Source: Thermoplasmata archaeon (GTDB lineage: Archaea; Thermoplasmatota; Thermoplasmata; Thermoplasmatales; GCA-001856825). From it: a stretch of DNA of 55,478 nucleotides. Positions within the stretch are counted from its first letter, which is position 1; the number at the start of each line of letters is the position of its first letter. Below are positions 8,690 through 18,654 of the stretch, in pieces. Both the position numbers and the translations under genes were made by a program. Below the pieces are notes generated by a model, which saw only the letters and a list, made by a program, of their open reading frames with translations, was not told the DNA's origin and ran no database searches. The stretch lies in the NCBI GenBank assembly GCA_021787125.1, contig JAJYMI010000007.1, positions 1 through 55,478 of the forward strand, in the 5' to 3' direction.

Positions 8690-9970
8690 CTACTGCGTTT
8701 TCTTTTCCAAATCAATGCACTGTCCTGCGGCCACCGTTTGTCCCATATCCCTTACGGCGAACCTCGCCATAGGTGGAAATTCCGACATTTTCTCGATGAC
8801 CATGGGCTTTGATGGAACGATCTTGACTATAGCTGCGTCACCGGTCTGGATGTGCTGTGGGTGATCTTCCTTAGTTGTTCCCTGTTTCGGATCAATGGTT
8901 TTTATTATCTCTGTTATCGTACAAGCGACCTGTGCCGTGTGGGTATGGAACACGGGCGTATATCCCGCTGCAATGATCGAAGGATGGTTGAGCACTACGA
9001 TTTGCCCTGTGAAACTGGCGACTACTGTCGGAGGACTAGAAACGAGACCAGCTACGTCTCCTCTCCTTATGTCCGTCTTTGCTATTCCTCTGACGTTGAA
9101 TCCCACATTGTCTCCGGGTTCTGCCTGTTGTATCTGTTCGTGGTGTTCTTCAATCGATTTTACCTCTCCCACCTTGTGGGAAGGTTCGAATATGATGTTG
9201 TCGCCGATCTTCATGACTCCCGTCTCAACTCTTCCTACTGGGACTGTTCCTATTCCTGTGATGGAATAAACGTCCTGTACTGGGAGCCTTAGCGGCTTGT
9301 CAGTCGGCTTTGGTGGAATTGTTAGCTGATTCAGGAGATCCAGGACCGTTGGACCCGTCCACCATGAGAGGTTTGCACTCTTCTTCATGATGTTGTCCCC
9401 CTTGTATCCTGATATCGGGATGACAGGAACGTTCTTGTATCCTACCGAGAGCAGGAGCTGTTCGATCTGCTTCTTGACTTCCTCGAACCTCTTCTGAGAG
9501 TAGGGTGGCTGGGTTGCGTCCATCTTGTTTACTAGAACGATCATCTGTGGAACTCCAAGCGTCCTTGCAAGGAAAACGTGTTCCCTTGTTTGAGCCATGA
9601 CACCCTCTCCGTCCCTTGCAGAGACGACGAGCAGCGCTGCATCTGCCTGGCTCGTTCCTGTGATCATGTTCTTTACAAAGTCCCTATGACCGGGAGCGTC
9701 TATGAGAGTGAAGTAGTACTTGTCAGTTTCAAACTTTCTGTGCGCGACATCTATTGTGACGCCTCTCTCTCTTTCCTCTTTAAGTCTATCCATAACCCAA
9801 GCGAACTCGAATGTTGCCTTTCCTTTCTCTTCAGCCTCTTTCTTGTATTCCTCGATAATATGAGCTGGAATTTCTCCGTGCTCGAATAGAAGTCTTCCTA
9901 CTGTGGTCGACTTACCATGATCAACGTGACCAATGGTTACGAGATTCAGATGTGGTTTTTGCGTAGCCAT
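8690..9970 (-). CDS. tuf: Translation elongation factor EF-1 alpha
   Basis: [17 protein letters not shown] and NKMD GTPase motifs, with full-length similarity to archaeal aEF-1alpha. Confidence 0.97.
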   Translation of the reverse strand: MATQKPHLNLVTIGHVDHGKSTTVGRLLFEHGEIPAHIIEEYKKEAEEKGKATFEFAWVMDRLKEERERGVTIDVAHRKFETDKYYFTLIDAPGHRDFVKNMITGTSQADAALLVVSARDGEGVMAQTREHVFLARTLGVPQMIVLVNKMDATQPPYSQKRFEEVKKQIEQLLLSVGYKNVPVIPISGYKGDNIMKKSANLSWWTGPTVLDLLNQLTIPPKPTDKPLRLPVQDVYSITGIGTVPVGRVETGVMKIGDNIIFEPSHKVGEVKSIEEHHEQIQQAEPGDNVGFNVRGIAKTDIRRGDVAGLVSSPPTVVASFTGQIVVLNHPSIIAAGYTPVFHTHTAQVACTITEIIKTIDPKQGTTKEDHPQHIQTGDAAIVKIVPSKPMVIEKMSEFPPMARFAVRDMGQTVAAGQCIDLEKKTQ

Positions 9971-10103
9971 ACTATTGTGCCTCCATATTATACCTAGCTA
10001 CCGCCTATTTTATCTCCGTATATATCCTTTGTTGTGTCACCCTCTCGTTCCAAGTGTTGACGGTCTGGACTGTAGGTGATATACGTGGTCTCTGACCCGT
10101 CGA

Positions 10104-10685
10104 TCAACCGAAGAAAAAGATGTAGATGGCAGTCAAAAATAGGGCAGCAACAACGAACACATCGACTGTCGAAGGCTTTAACCTTGAAAGGCTTCTTGCG
10201 ACACCCTTCATTACGACCGCCAATACTATCAACAGTGCTACTACACTTGTTATGACAAAAGTGATGCTGATGGCAGCTATCTCCGTGCTTCCAAAATGAA
10301 AAGATGCTATGATGATGGGCAGGAGGACCGGATCAGGAAATATGCTCACCAGCAGGGAAGTGTTCTCGATGTTCTTGTTCTCCCTTCCTTCTCTGATGGT
10401 GTTCACCAGAATGTATATCGCTACCACTACCAGTACGACGATGGAGACTTCCTTCAGCGCGTTCAATCCAAAAATGCTTACTCCTAGGAACAGGGCAAAC
10501 AGCGAAAGGACTACAGAAGTGGAACCGTGAAGAAATCCCAGAAGCGTCGAAATGCCAAGAACTCTTCTCTTCTTGTAACCTCTTTTCAGCGAAAGAGCGG
10601 TCAGAGGGAGCCAGTGGTCCGGAGCGATCATGTGGAGGGATGCGACGATTACAGCTATCCCGACATATACCAACCCCGAATACAT
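10104..10685 (-). CDS. Polytopic membrane protein with HX4DH motif (possible divalent-metal transporter)
   Basis: 193 aa, about 6 hydrophobic helices. LHMIAPDHW in helix 1 and GFLHG in helix 2. Confidence 0.65.
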   Translation of the reverse strand: MYSGLVYVGIAVIVASLHMIAPDHWLPLTALSLKRGYKKRRVLGISTLLGFLHGSTSVVLSLFALFLGVSIFGLNALKEVSIVVLVVVAIYILVNTIREGRENKNIENTSLLVSIFPDPVLLPIIIASFHFGSTEIAAISITFVITSVVALLIVLAVVMKGVARSLSRLKPSTVDVFVVAALFLTAIYIFFFG

Positions 10686-10803
10686 TCTAGGGTGATGAGG
10701 TCTGCGTATTAAAATGTCTTTTGGAATGATTCCTTAGAGAATTCGAAAATAAATTGTGGAATGGAAGGAATTGTTTTCCTCCATTCACCGTTACTAAAAT
10801 GGT

Positions 10804-13008
10804 TCAAAGATCTGCGTAGTATTTCGCGTCGTAGGGTTCTGGTTTGAGTCCCTTTCTTTCCCTGATCTTACCTACCACTGAGGACTGCAGATCCCTCGGC
10901 ACAGTCTGATGACCGTGATTCTCTGTGGACCACAATACTCTTCCTCCGGTGGCTCCCCTTATAGCGGATGCAAAACCGAACATTTCTGGAACCGGGACCA
11001 TGGCAGATATCTTGGACTGCTCTCCCTCCTGTTCCATTTCGGTAATGACTCCCCTTCTCTGCTGGAATTCTCTGGTGACTGAACCAGATTCCTCCAAGGG
11101 CGTATCTACAAAAACCTTCTGGACTGGTTCTAGAAGAACCCTGTTTGCCATGCACATCGCTCCGTATATGGCGTTCCTCACTGCAGGTATCACCTGAGCG
11201 GGGCCCCTGTGGATGCTGTCTTCGTGGAGCTTCGCATCTTCCAGCATGACTTTGACTCCATACACTCTCTCGTTGGCAAGAGGTCCTCTGTCAATTGCCT
11301 CCGTGAACGCCTCCTTAACGAGTTCCATGGTTTCGCTCAGGTACTGAATACCCTTTGTCATGTCAAGAAGAACATTCGGGCCATGCACAGCTTCGATTCC
11401 CTTTGCCTCGTCCCTGTCTAGCCCCAACTCCTGGAGTGTTGCTATCACTGCCTTCTTGTCCTTTATCCTGTCTGCCTGTGCGATATCCCCCTTAAGGATT
11501 GCCTCAACGATCGGTTTTTCAAGAGGTTCAACCTCCACGTAGAATCTGTTGTGCTTGTTTGGGGACTTACCCTCAAACGGTCCACCTTTGGCCTGAACCG
11601 TTTCCCTGTACACAACTATGGGGTCAGATGTATCGACCTCGACCTTGTGCTCGTTCTTTATCCTGTAGAGAGTGACGTCTAGATGGAGTTCGCCCATACC
11701 TGACATAAGGTGTTCTCCGGTCTCCTGGTTGATCTCCACCTCGATGCTTGGATCTGCTTTTGCGATAGTCCTCAAGACCTCTATGAGTCTGGGGAGATCC
11801 TTTGTGTGCTTTGCTTCGATGGCCACCGTGACAACGGGTTCCGAATAGTGGACCATCGGTTCGAAAACATCCATGTTCCCGATACTCGACACGGTAGAGC
11901 CTGCAATTGCATCCTTGAGTCCTACGACCGCAGGGATGTTCCCAGCGTCCATCTCGTCAATCGATATCCTGTCGGGGCCCACCATCATTGCCAACTGCTG
12001 TACTTTGTATTTTCTATCGCCCGCACCTGAAATGTATAACTCAACACCCTTCACCAGCTTTCCGCTGAAGAGTCTTCCAACCGCGACCTCTCCTGCATGT
12101 TCATCGACTATTATCTTCGTGATCATCATCATTACTGGCCCGTCGGAGTCACACGTCGTCATTGCCTTGCCAACTTCTGACGTTATCTCTCCCTTCCATA
12201 TCTGCGGAATCCTGTACACCTGTGCGATCTTGGGGGAAGGAAGGTGATGCACCACCGCATCCAGGAGAACCTTGTGTAGCGGGGATTTCTTTGCCAGAGT
12301 CTTCTGGTCCCCGGCTTGAAGGTGCTGATAGACTTCCCTGAAACCTATAGATGACCTGGGAGTGTACTTGGTAGAGACTGCCCAGTTGTTGAACGCCGAA
12401 CCGAAAATGACAGAACCATTCTCCACGTTGACCTGCCACGATTCCTTGAATTCCTCGGGAGCATACCTCTTCAGCAGCCTGTTGACCTCTGTTATTATCT
12501 TGACGAACCTCTTCATCATGTCGTCGGGCCCCAACTTCAGTTCGTTGATCAGCCTGTCGACCTTGTTTATGAAGAGTATTGGTTTGACCTTCTCTCTCAG
12601 AGCCTGACGGATGACCGTCTCGGTCTGGGGCATAGGTCCCTCTACCGAGTCAACCACTATAACGGCACCATCCACCGCTCTCATCGCTCTTGTGACGTCT
12701 CCGCCGAAATCCACATGTCCCGGGGTATCGATCAGATTTACCAGGTAGGTTGTGCCCTCGACCTCGTGAACCATCGATGCGGATGCAGCGTTGATTGTTA
12801 TTCCCCTCGCCTGTTCCTGCTCATCGAAATCCAGGACCAGCTGCTTTCCAGCCAGCTCTTCGCTCATCATGCCTGCACCTGCGATCAGGTTGTCGGATAA
12901 CGTTGTCTTGCCGTGATCTATGTGCGCAGCTATTCCAATGTTTCTGATCCTGGTTATATCCTTCATTATTTCAGAAGCTTTCTGAATGTTGTCCTCTTTT
13001 CTTCCCAT
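10804..13008 (-). CDS. fusA: Translation elongation factor EF-2
   Basis: AHIDHGKTT, DTPGHVDF and NKVDR motifs plus the diphthamide-region IHRGPAQVIP. 734 aa. Confidence 0.97.
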   Translation of the reverse strand: MGRKEDNIQKASEIMKDITRIRNIGIAAHIDHGKTTLSDNLIAGAGMMSEELAGKQLVLDFDEQEQARGITINAASASMVHEVEGTTYLVNLIDTPGHVDFGGDVTRAMRAVDGAVIVVDSVEGPMPQTETVIRQALREKVKPILFINKVDRLINELKLGPDDMMKRFVKIITEVNRLLKRYAPEEFKESWQVNVENGSVIFGSAFNNWAVSTKYTPRSSIGFREVYQHLQAGDQKTLAKKSPLHKVLLDAVVHHLPSPKIAQVYRIPQIWKGEITSEVGKAMTTCDSDGPVMMMITKIIVDEHAGEVAVGRLFSGKLVKGVELYISGAGDRKYKVQQLAMMVGPDRISIDEMDAGNIPAVVGLKDAIAGSTVSSIGNMDVFEPMVHYSEPVVTVAIEAKHTKDLPRLIEVLRTIAKADPSIEVEINQETGEHLMSGMGELHLDVTLYRIKNEHKVEVDTSDPIVVYRETVQAKGGPFEGKSPNKHNRFYVEVEPLEKPIVEAILKGDIAQADRIKDKKAVIATLQELGLDRDEAKGIEAVHGPNVLLDMTKGIQYLSETMELVKEAFTEAIDRGPLANERVYGVKVMLEDAKLHEDSIHRGPAQVIPAVRNAIYGAMCMANRVLLEPVQKVFVDTPLEESGSVTREFQQRRGVITEMEQEGEQSKISAMVPVPEMFGFASAIRGATGGRVLWSTENHGHQTVPRDLQSSVVGKIRERKGLKPEPYDAKYYADL

Positions 13009-13014
13009 TCAAAA

Positions 13015-13590
13015 TCACCTCGCTGAGGAAGCTTGCCTTTCCTTGTCGTCCTTCTCTTTTATCGAGTAACAACTAGGATCGTTCTTCGCTGCAGCTATAA
13101 TTTCATCTGCGAGCGCATCCTTCATGTTCTTCTTCGTCTTCTTCGCCGTCTGTCTTGCGCCAGAAGAAATGTTCCTTATCGCAAGATCCAGTCTCCTTGA
13201 GGAACTGGTATCTACTGACTTCGGTACAGCAATTCCGCCGTACTTCAGTCTCGTGATCTCCTCCCTCGGACCGGCGTTCTGTATTGCGTTGACGTATACC
13301 TGGACCGGGTTCTCTTTCGTCTTTTTCTCGACCGTCTCAAAGGCGAGCTTCACTGTTCTGTAGGCGCTTTGCTTCTTTCCAGTCCACCTAATCGTCCTCA
13401 TGAGATTGTTTATCAATCTCTCCACCACGTTCATCTGTGCCTTTCCCATGAACTTGTTTGCGTGTTTTCCTCCGCTGTGGAGTGTTGCGGTTGGCTTTAG
13501 TGAAATGTATTTGGTGAGACCTGGATCTACGACCGAGATGCCTTCAGTCTCCCACTTTTCAAAAACGAGAATGCCTGCCATTTGACTCAC
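13015..13590 (-). CDS. rps7: 30S ribosomal protein S7 (uS7)
   Basis: 191 aa, conserved uS7 pattern, positioned between S12 and EF-2. Confidence 0.95.
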   Translation of the reverse strand: MSQMAGILVFEKWETEGISVVDPGLTKYISLKPTATLHSGGKHANKFMGKAQMNVVERLINNLMRTIRWTGKKQSAYRTVKLAFETVEKKTKENPVQVYVNAIQNAGPREEITRLKYGGIAVPKSVDTSSSRRLDLAIRNISSGARQTAKKTKKNMKDALADEIIAAAKNDPSCYSIKEKDDKERQASSAR

Positions 13591-14024
13591 CTGACTGGTT
13601 TCTCCTTTCTCCCCTTTACCAGCTCTTTCAGGGAAACGTTGTTGACCTTTATTACCTTGTATCTCACGCCCGGAATGTCTCCCTTGGACCTGCCCATTCT
13701 TCCTCCTATTCCTTCCACGACGACCTCGTCGTGTTCGTCAATGAAGTTTATAGCGCCATCGCCGGGTGCAAATGCGGTAAGCTGTCTGCCGTTCTTTATG
13801 AGCTGTATCTTGACACACTTCCTTATTGCAGAATTCGGCTGTTTGGCCTCTATTCCGACCTTTTCAATAACGATTCCTCTTGCCTGGGGAGCACCCTCTA
13901 GAGGATCACTCTTGATCTTTAATCTCAGCACTCTTCTCTTGTAATCCCTATCCGACCATCGTAACTTGTCTCTATTAGTTCTAACCTGTTTTCCACCCAT
14001 TAGTCCGTTAGGCAATTGTTTCAC
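13587..14024 (-). CDS. rps12: 30S ribosomal protein S12 (uS12)
   Basis: 145 aa with [15 protein letters not shown] and a [10 protein letters not shown]-type motif. It overlaps rps7 by 4 nt. Confidence 0.95.
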   Translation of the reverse strand: MKQLPNGLMGGKQVRTNRDKLRWSDRDYKRRVLRLKIKSDPLEGAPQARGIVIEKVGIEAKQPNSAIRKCVKIQLIKNGRQLTAFAPGDGAINFIDEHDEVVVEGIGGRMGRSKGDIPGVRYKVIKVNNVSLKELVKGRKEKPVR

Positions 14025-14050
14025 CTCAAGGCGCCTTTCAAAATGGTGAA

Positions 14051-14068
14051 GGCATATAAAAATATGCC
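14051..14068 (-). promoter_or_regulatory. TATA-box region of the rps12 operon, embedded in palindrome GGCATAT-AAAA-ATATGCC
   Basis: On the minus strand this reads GGCATATTTTTATATGCC, centred about 34 nt upstream of the rps12 ATG. Confidence 0.35.
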
Positions 14069-14175
14069 TATCACTGTACAGGCGGACATGGTATCATGTA
14101 TATTCATGATTGGAATCATCCCAGGAAAAAAATCTTTCAAAGGTAAAGATAGAAAATACCGTTGCCTCTTTCCCT

Positions 14176-14589
14176 TCAGAGGAGTGAAACGACCTTTGGA
14201 TAGAGCACCGTTTCTTCTTGCTTGTGATGCTCCGCTAGAGTTTCCTTCAGCGTATTGAGATCGTTCTCAGTCTCCGTCCATCCAGTGTAAGTTGACTCTA
14301 CAGACTGCTCCACCAACTTCATTATCTTTGTGTGTTCTTGAAGAATCTTTATGTAAGGTTCTGACGCATCTTTCCCGATCTTGTCTATGAGAAATTTCAG
14401 CAGGACTCCCTCTTCATCAATGATGTGCTGTGAGAGCGTTTCCCTGACTTCAGCTATGACTGGGAAAGCTCCACTCAGATTCCCCGTTTTGTAGGTGATG
14501 ACTGCGTCGTCGATAGTGGCTGGAAGAGTGGTGTGTTCTTCCCTGAGTTTCTCGATCAGTTCCTTAATAGGCAATTCCCTAGCTTTCAT
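14176..14589 (-). CDS. Hemerythrin-like (HHE cation-binding) domain protein
   Basis: 137-aa helical ORF with spaced His/Glu pairs (REEH, SQHIIDEE, QEHTK, AEHHKQEE) resembling hemerythrin-like metal sites. Confidence 0.55.
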   Translation of the reverse strand: MKARELPIKELIEKLREEHTTLPATIDDAVITYKTGNLSGAFPVIAEVRETLSQHIIDEEGVLLKFLIDKIGKDASEPYIKILQEHTKIMKLVEQSVESTYTGWTETENDLNTLKETLAEHHKQEETVLYPKVVSLL

Positions 14590-14795
14590 GTTCGGTTAGA
14601 CTGACTTATCATTTAATCTTTTCAAGGTCCGTGATGTCTCAAATTGGTTTTGACCAGGTGTGATACTAGATCTCGTTCATCTTCTTTTTACATCCTGCAT
14701 TCTGGATCTAGTTGTAGACCAGCAAAGCAGGTGAATGAGCGCTCAAAACTTAAGTCTCCTCAAAATATTTAAATACCACCGAATCAATTAAATTT

Positions 14796-16397
14796 ATGTC
14801 GGAAAATCTGCATCTTAAAAGAGAACTCTCATTCCCCGACTTGATAATTCTTGGAATTGTTGGTGCTGTAGGCACGGGGATTCTTTTTTCCAGTGCAGCG
14901 ATGACAGGGATTGCCGGTCCCGCTAGCTTGCTGTCTTGGCTACTCGGCGGAATTTTTTACCTGTTCATTGGATTTACGTTCGTGGAATTGTCTGCTACAT
15001 ATCCGGAGGCAGGTGGGCCTTCCAGGTATGCACTGTACACACATGGCTGGTTCACAAATCTGATAAATTCATTTGCTGACCTGATATGGTACCTTTTTAT
15101 TGCACCCATTGAGGCATTCGCAATCGTTTATGGCCTCACCATCTTTGATCCGGGTCTTGTCACGGCAAGTGGATTTCCTACAATCGCTGGTGCAGGACTC
15201 GCAGTACTCTTGCTGCTGATAATGATTCCGTTCAATTATTTGGGCACAAGGGTTTTCGGAAAATCCACATTCTTCCTCGGCATTGCGAAGTTGATCTTCT
15301 ATCTCGCCGTTGCGTTTGGTCTAGTAGCCGTTGTTTTCCACGCGGTTAACTTCAGAATATACGGAGGCATAGCTCCCTTCGGGGCGGCTGGAATTTTTGC
15401 GGCCACACCGTTTGCGATGTTTGCCTTTGGTGGAATAAGAGTCTTGCCCGATTACGCTGAAGAGACCAAGAACTACAAGAAGTTGCCTCTCGCCATAATA
15501 ATAGTGGTGGTGGGTCAGCTCCTCATCTACCTTCTGTTTGATTTCGTGTTCGTCAGCGGAATAGACTGGACAAAACTCGGCATAACACCTGGAAACTGGG
15601 CAGGGGTATCCTCTATTGCGGGAAATCCGTTCATCACAATGTCTCATGACTACAACGCTCCTTTCCTGTTTATCCTGACTCTGATCGTGGGCATAATCGG
15701 TCCCTTTGTCGTTGGATACATCTACCTCGGAGGAGGATCGAGGATAATATTCGCTATGAGCAGAACGAGGATAATGCCGCAGCTGGCAAAATTCCTGCAC
15801 AAGAAGTTCATAATTCCGTACTGGGCAATAATCATAATAGCCGCCGTCGGTGCTTTCCTTGCATTCCTCGCCGCACCACTTCCGAACATCTACACACTCA
15901 TAGAAGATGCTGTGGTCGCTGGCTATCTTGGTTTTTCGGTAAATCCAGTTGCACTGGTAGTTTCAAGAAGGCAGGGAGAGACCAAGTGGAGAATGCCTGG
16001 GGGCTACATACTGGCCCCAATAGGGTTTGCAGCAGCGGCGCTGATAATCTTCTGGAGCGGTTGGATAACCGTCTATTATGCAGTGCTGATCCTGCTTGGA
16101 GCGGTGATATTGTTTGGTCTGATACAGCCCGCTATAAGAGGTACTTGGAAGAGAGACTTAAAGAACTTCCCCAACTCTCTGTGGTACATTTTCTACATAG
16201 CTTTCCTACTGTTCATGACTTACATAGGAAGCGACGGTGCATTGAGCGTGGTGTCGTTCTACGATGCGACGGCTATCACTGTAGTCGTTTCGTTGGCAGT
16301 ATTCTTCCCACTGGGAGTCCTGTCGGGACTGAAGACGAAGTTAGAAGTCCCTGAATATAGGGCTGACGTCGAAGTTTCATCGGGGGCGGCTAAGTAA
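14796..16397 (+). CDS. APC-superfamily amino acid permease
   Basis: 533 aa, about 12-14 TM helices, N-terminal GAVGTGILFSS motif typical of APC transporters. Confidence 0.85.
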   Translation: MSENLHLKRELSFPDLIILGIVGAVGTGILFSSAAMTGIAGPASLLSWLLGGIFYLFIGFTFVELSATYPEAGGPSRYALYTHGWFTNLINSFADLIWYLFIAPIEAFAIVYGLTIFDPGLVTASGFPTIAGAGLAVLLLLIMIPFNYLGTRVFGKSTFFLGIAKLIFYLAVAFGLVAVVFHAVNFRIYGGIAPFGAAGIFAATPFAMFAFGGIRVLPDYAEETKNYKKLPLAIIIVVVGQLLIYLLFDFVFVSGIDWTKLGITPGNWAGVSSIAGNPFITMSHDYNAPFLFILTLIVGIIGPFVVGYIYLGGGSRIIFAMSRTRIMPQLAKFLHKKFIIPYWAIIIIAAVGAFLAFLAAPLPNIYTLIEDAVVAGYLGFSVNPVALVVSRRQGETKWRMPGGYILAPIGFAAAALIIFWSGWITVYYAVLILLGAVILFGLIQPAIRGTWKRDLKNFPNSLWYIFYIAFLLFMTYIGSDGALSVVSFYDATAITVVVSLAVFFPLGVLSGLKTKLEVPEYRADVEVSSGAAK

Positions 16398-16407
16398 GTA
16401 CCGTGAG

Positions 16408-17328
16408 ATGCTAGTAATCAACGATTCGGACGTTACGGAGAACACAGACTATAGAACTCTAACTAAAGAGTTGAAGAGCGAGTTCATTAGGTTACGGGAA
16501 GGTACGGCGAAGAATCTCTACAGGAAACGTCTTGAGTCAAGCCAGGGAATCCTGGACATCATGGGAGGAATAGATGAGGAGGAAGGGGTAGGGGCAGTTA
16601 AACAGTACTTCTATGGCCAGAATATCAATTTTCTTATTTCTCTTTTTTCGACCAGGACTTCGGAAATACTAGCGATCTTTCCGGGTAGAGTAGTCACCAG
16701 AATAAGGACAGCAGCGGCGTCTGCTCTAGCTACCGACATTCTCTCAAAGAGGGATTCTAGCGTGATTGGTTGCATTGGCGCAGGCTACCAAGCATCCGAA
16801 CAGGTCAGAGCGATGTCCCAGATGAGGACCATCAAGAGAGTGATGGTAAGCGACCTTGACCCGGAGAAGTTGATGGCCTTCAAGAGGATGGTAGAAGAAC
16901 AACTTGGTGTTGAGGCGGTTGCGAAGAAGAGTGTGGATGAGTCATTCAGGGAAGCGGACATTATCTTGACTGCAACTAATTCTGATGTCCCAGTCATAAG
17001 AGACGAATTTATCGGAGACAGCTGTTACATCAATTCTATCGGCAGCTACACCCCAAGAATGAGAGAGATAGAGACATCGACAATATGCAAATCGAGAATA
17101 GTTGCTGTGGATTCACTGGAAGAGACTTCCAGGAACACTGGAGAGTTGATCGACGCTCTGTCATCAGGCTGCGTGGATAGTGGTGAGATAAACGAGTTCA
17201 CAGATCTTGTCACTGAAAACATCAAGATAAGAAGAAAGTCTGAACGAGAGAGCAGTTATTTCAAGTCCATAGGAGTTGGAATCGAAGACCTGACAATAGC
17301 ATATTATCTCTACTCAAATTTCTCCTAA
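16408..17328 (+). CDS. Ornithine cyclodeaminase/mu-crystallin family protein
   Basis: 306 aa with Rossmann motif IGCIGAGYQA and overall OCD/mu-crystallin layout. It starts 10 nt after the permease. Confidence 0.8.
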   Translation: MLVINDSDVTENTDYRTLTKELKSEFIRLREGTAKNLYRKRLESSQGILDIMGGIDEEEGVGAVKQYFYGQNINFLISLFSTRTSEILAIFPGRVVTRIRTAAASALATDILSKRDSSVIGCIGAGYQASEQVRAMSQMRTIKRVMVSDLDPEKLMAFKRMVEEQLGVEAVAKKSVDESFREADIILTATNSDVPVIRDEFIGDSCYINSIGSYTPRMREIETSTICKSRIVAVDSLEETSRNTGELIDALSSGCVDSGEINEFTDLVTENIKIRRKSERESSYFKSIGVGIEDLTIAYYLYSNFS

Positions 17329-17425
17329 GACTGTGCCTCATGTTCTACAGAACCGACTTGGCCTATCTTCCTTGAGCGCTGAATCAGAAGAACGCTTTTG
17401 GATTAGCCAGCGAAACGTTCTAGAA

Positions 17426-18625
17426 TCAGTAGATCGTTCCTATCTCTGTGTACTTGGACGTAATAAGCTTGCCTTCCTTGAAACGATCCGGGCTGAATTT
17501 CCTCCAGTCAAAGGTAGCTCTTTCAGGTGGCACGTCTGTGACCATTTCGGAAGTTATAAGGCCGTAAGCCGGAGACAGCTTGAATCCATGTCCGCTCAGT
17601 CCAACACAAGCATAGACGCCCTCAAGTCCCAGTCCATCGAGGGAAGATATTATCGCTTGTCCATCGGGGGTCATGTCGTAGAGTCCCGTGACGGATGAAA
17701 CGACGGTCGCTTCTCCCATTCCTGGTATCCTATCTGTCAGGCGGCTGACGTAATCTTCTATGTAATCATATTCGGCGGCTTCTGGTAGATTGTCTTCTAT
17801 GTTTACTGGCTTCTTGTCAATCTCGGGATCGAGACTCCCCGCAGCCAATAGGGTCGACCCTTCCATCTTGTAGTATGCCAGATTTGGTGGATCCCATAGG
17901 ACCGGTTTTTCTCCTTGAAACTTTGCCGGTCTCTTTAGGTATATCACGGAGTGCATGGACGCAGTGATTGGGAAAAGTTTGTTCTTGGATACGCCGGAAT
18001 TTTCCAACAACTTGTTCGTCCAGACATTTGTCGCCAGGATCACCTTTTTTCCAGTCAGGGTAGAGCCGTCGTTCAAGTGGATTTTGACCTTACCGTTACC
18101 AGACTCTAACCTCTTTGCTTCCTTTCCGACCCTGACTACTACTCCAGAATTTCTCGCAGCTTCCGCATAGGAATTTGATACGGCCACTGGATCTGCATAT
18201 CCGCTGAGCGGTTCGAAAACGACGTAATCGAATCCACTCAGGGAAATTCCCGGAAAGTGCTTTTCGATTTCTCTTGAGGACGATTCTACCTCTTTGATCC
18301 CGAGTCCCCTGAGCATTTCCACATTTTCTTTCGCGGTGTCTCTGTACTTTTCGTCGAATGGAAAGAACATCCCCGGCTGATGCAACCCGGAGAAACCGAT
18401 GGAATCGAAGTTAGAAATGACATCGAACGAGTACTTGCCCATTGCCGCGATCAACTCGTTGCTGTAGTGCGTTCTGATCAGAGCGCTGGATTTAGCAGTA
18501 TTACCGGTGGCGATCCCTTTTGAGTCGATCAGAAGCACTTTTCCTCCGTATTTTCTCAGATAATAGGAGATACTTGTTCCCGTGCTCCCTGCTCCTACTA
18601 TGATAAAATCGAAGTCGGGGTCCAT
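17426..18625 (-). CDS. FAD-dependent oxidoreductase (DAO/sarcosine oxidase beta-like)
   Basis: N-terminal DFIIVGAGSTGTS dinucleotide-binding motif. 399 aa of DAO-family length and pattern. Confidence 0.85.
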   Translation of the reverse strand: MDPDFDFIIVGAGSTGTSISYYLRKYGGKVLLIDSKGIATGNTAKSSALIRTHYSNELIAAMGKYSFDVISNFDSIGFSGLHQPGMFFPFDEKYRDTAKENVEMLRGLGIKEVESSSREIEKHFPGISLSGFDYVVFEPLSGYADPVAVSNSYAEAARNSGVVVRVGKEAKRLESGNGKVKIHLNDGSTLTGKKVILATNVWTNKLLENSGVSKNKLFPITASMHSVIYLKRPAKFQGEKPVLWDPPNLAYYKMEGSTLLAAGSLDPEIDKKPVNIEDNLPEAAEYDYIEDYVSRLTDRIPGMGEATVVSSVTGLYDMTPDGQAIISSLDGLGLEGVYACVGLSGHGFKLSPAYGLITSEMVTDVPPERATFDWRKFSPDRFKEGKLITSKYTEIGTIY

Positions 18626-18654
18626 ACGATCCCATGGGGAATCTGTACTATAAT

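Noticed and set aside
8852-12607. Many 60-146-aa ORFs antisense or out of frame within tuf and fusA (for example 8852-9292, 8895-9269, 9578-9889, 10868-11155, 11873-12247, 12149-12439)
   Set aside because: They lie entirely inside highly conserved EF-1alpha/EF-2 genes and have no motifs. Long alternative-frame ORFs are expected from codon bias.
17333-17698. 121-aa plus-strand ORF after the OCD gene
   Set aside because: It mostly overlaps the 3' end of the FAD-oxidoreductase gene on the opposite strand and has no motif.
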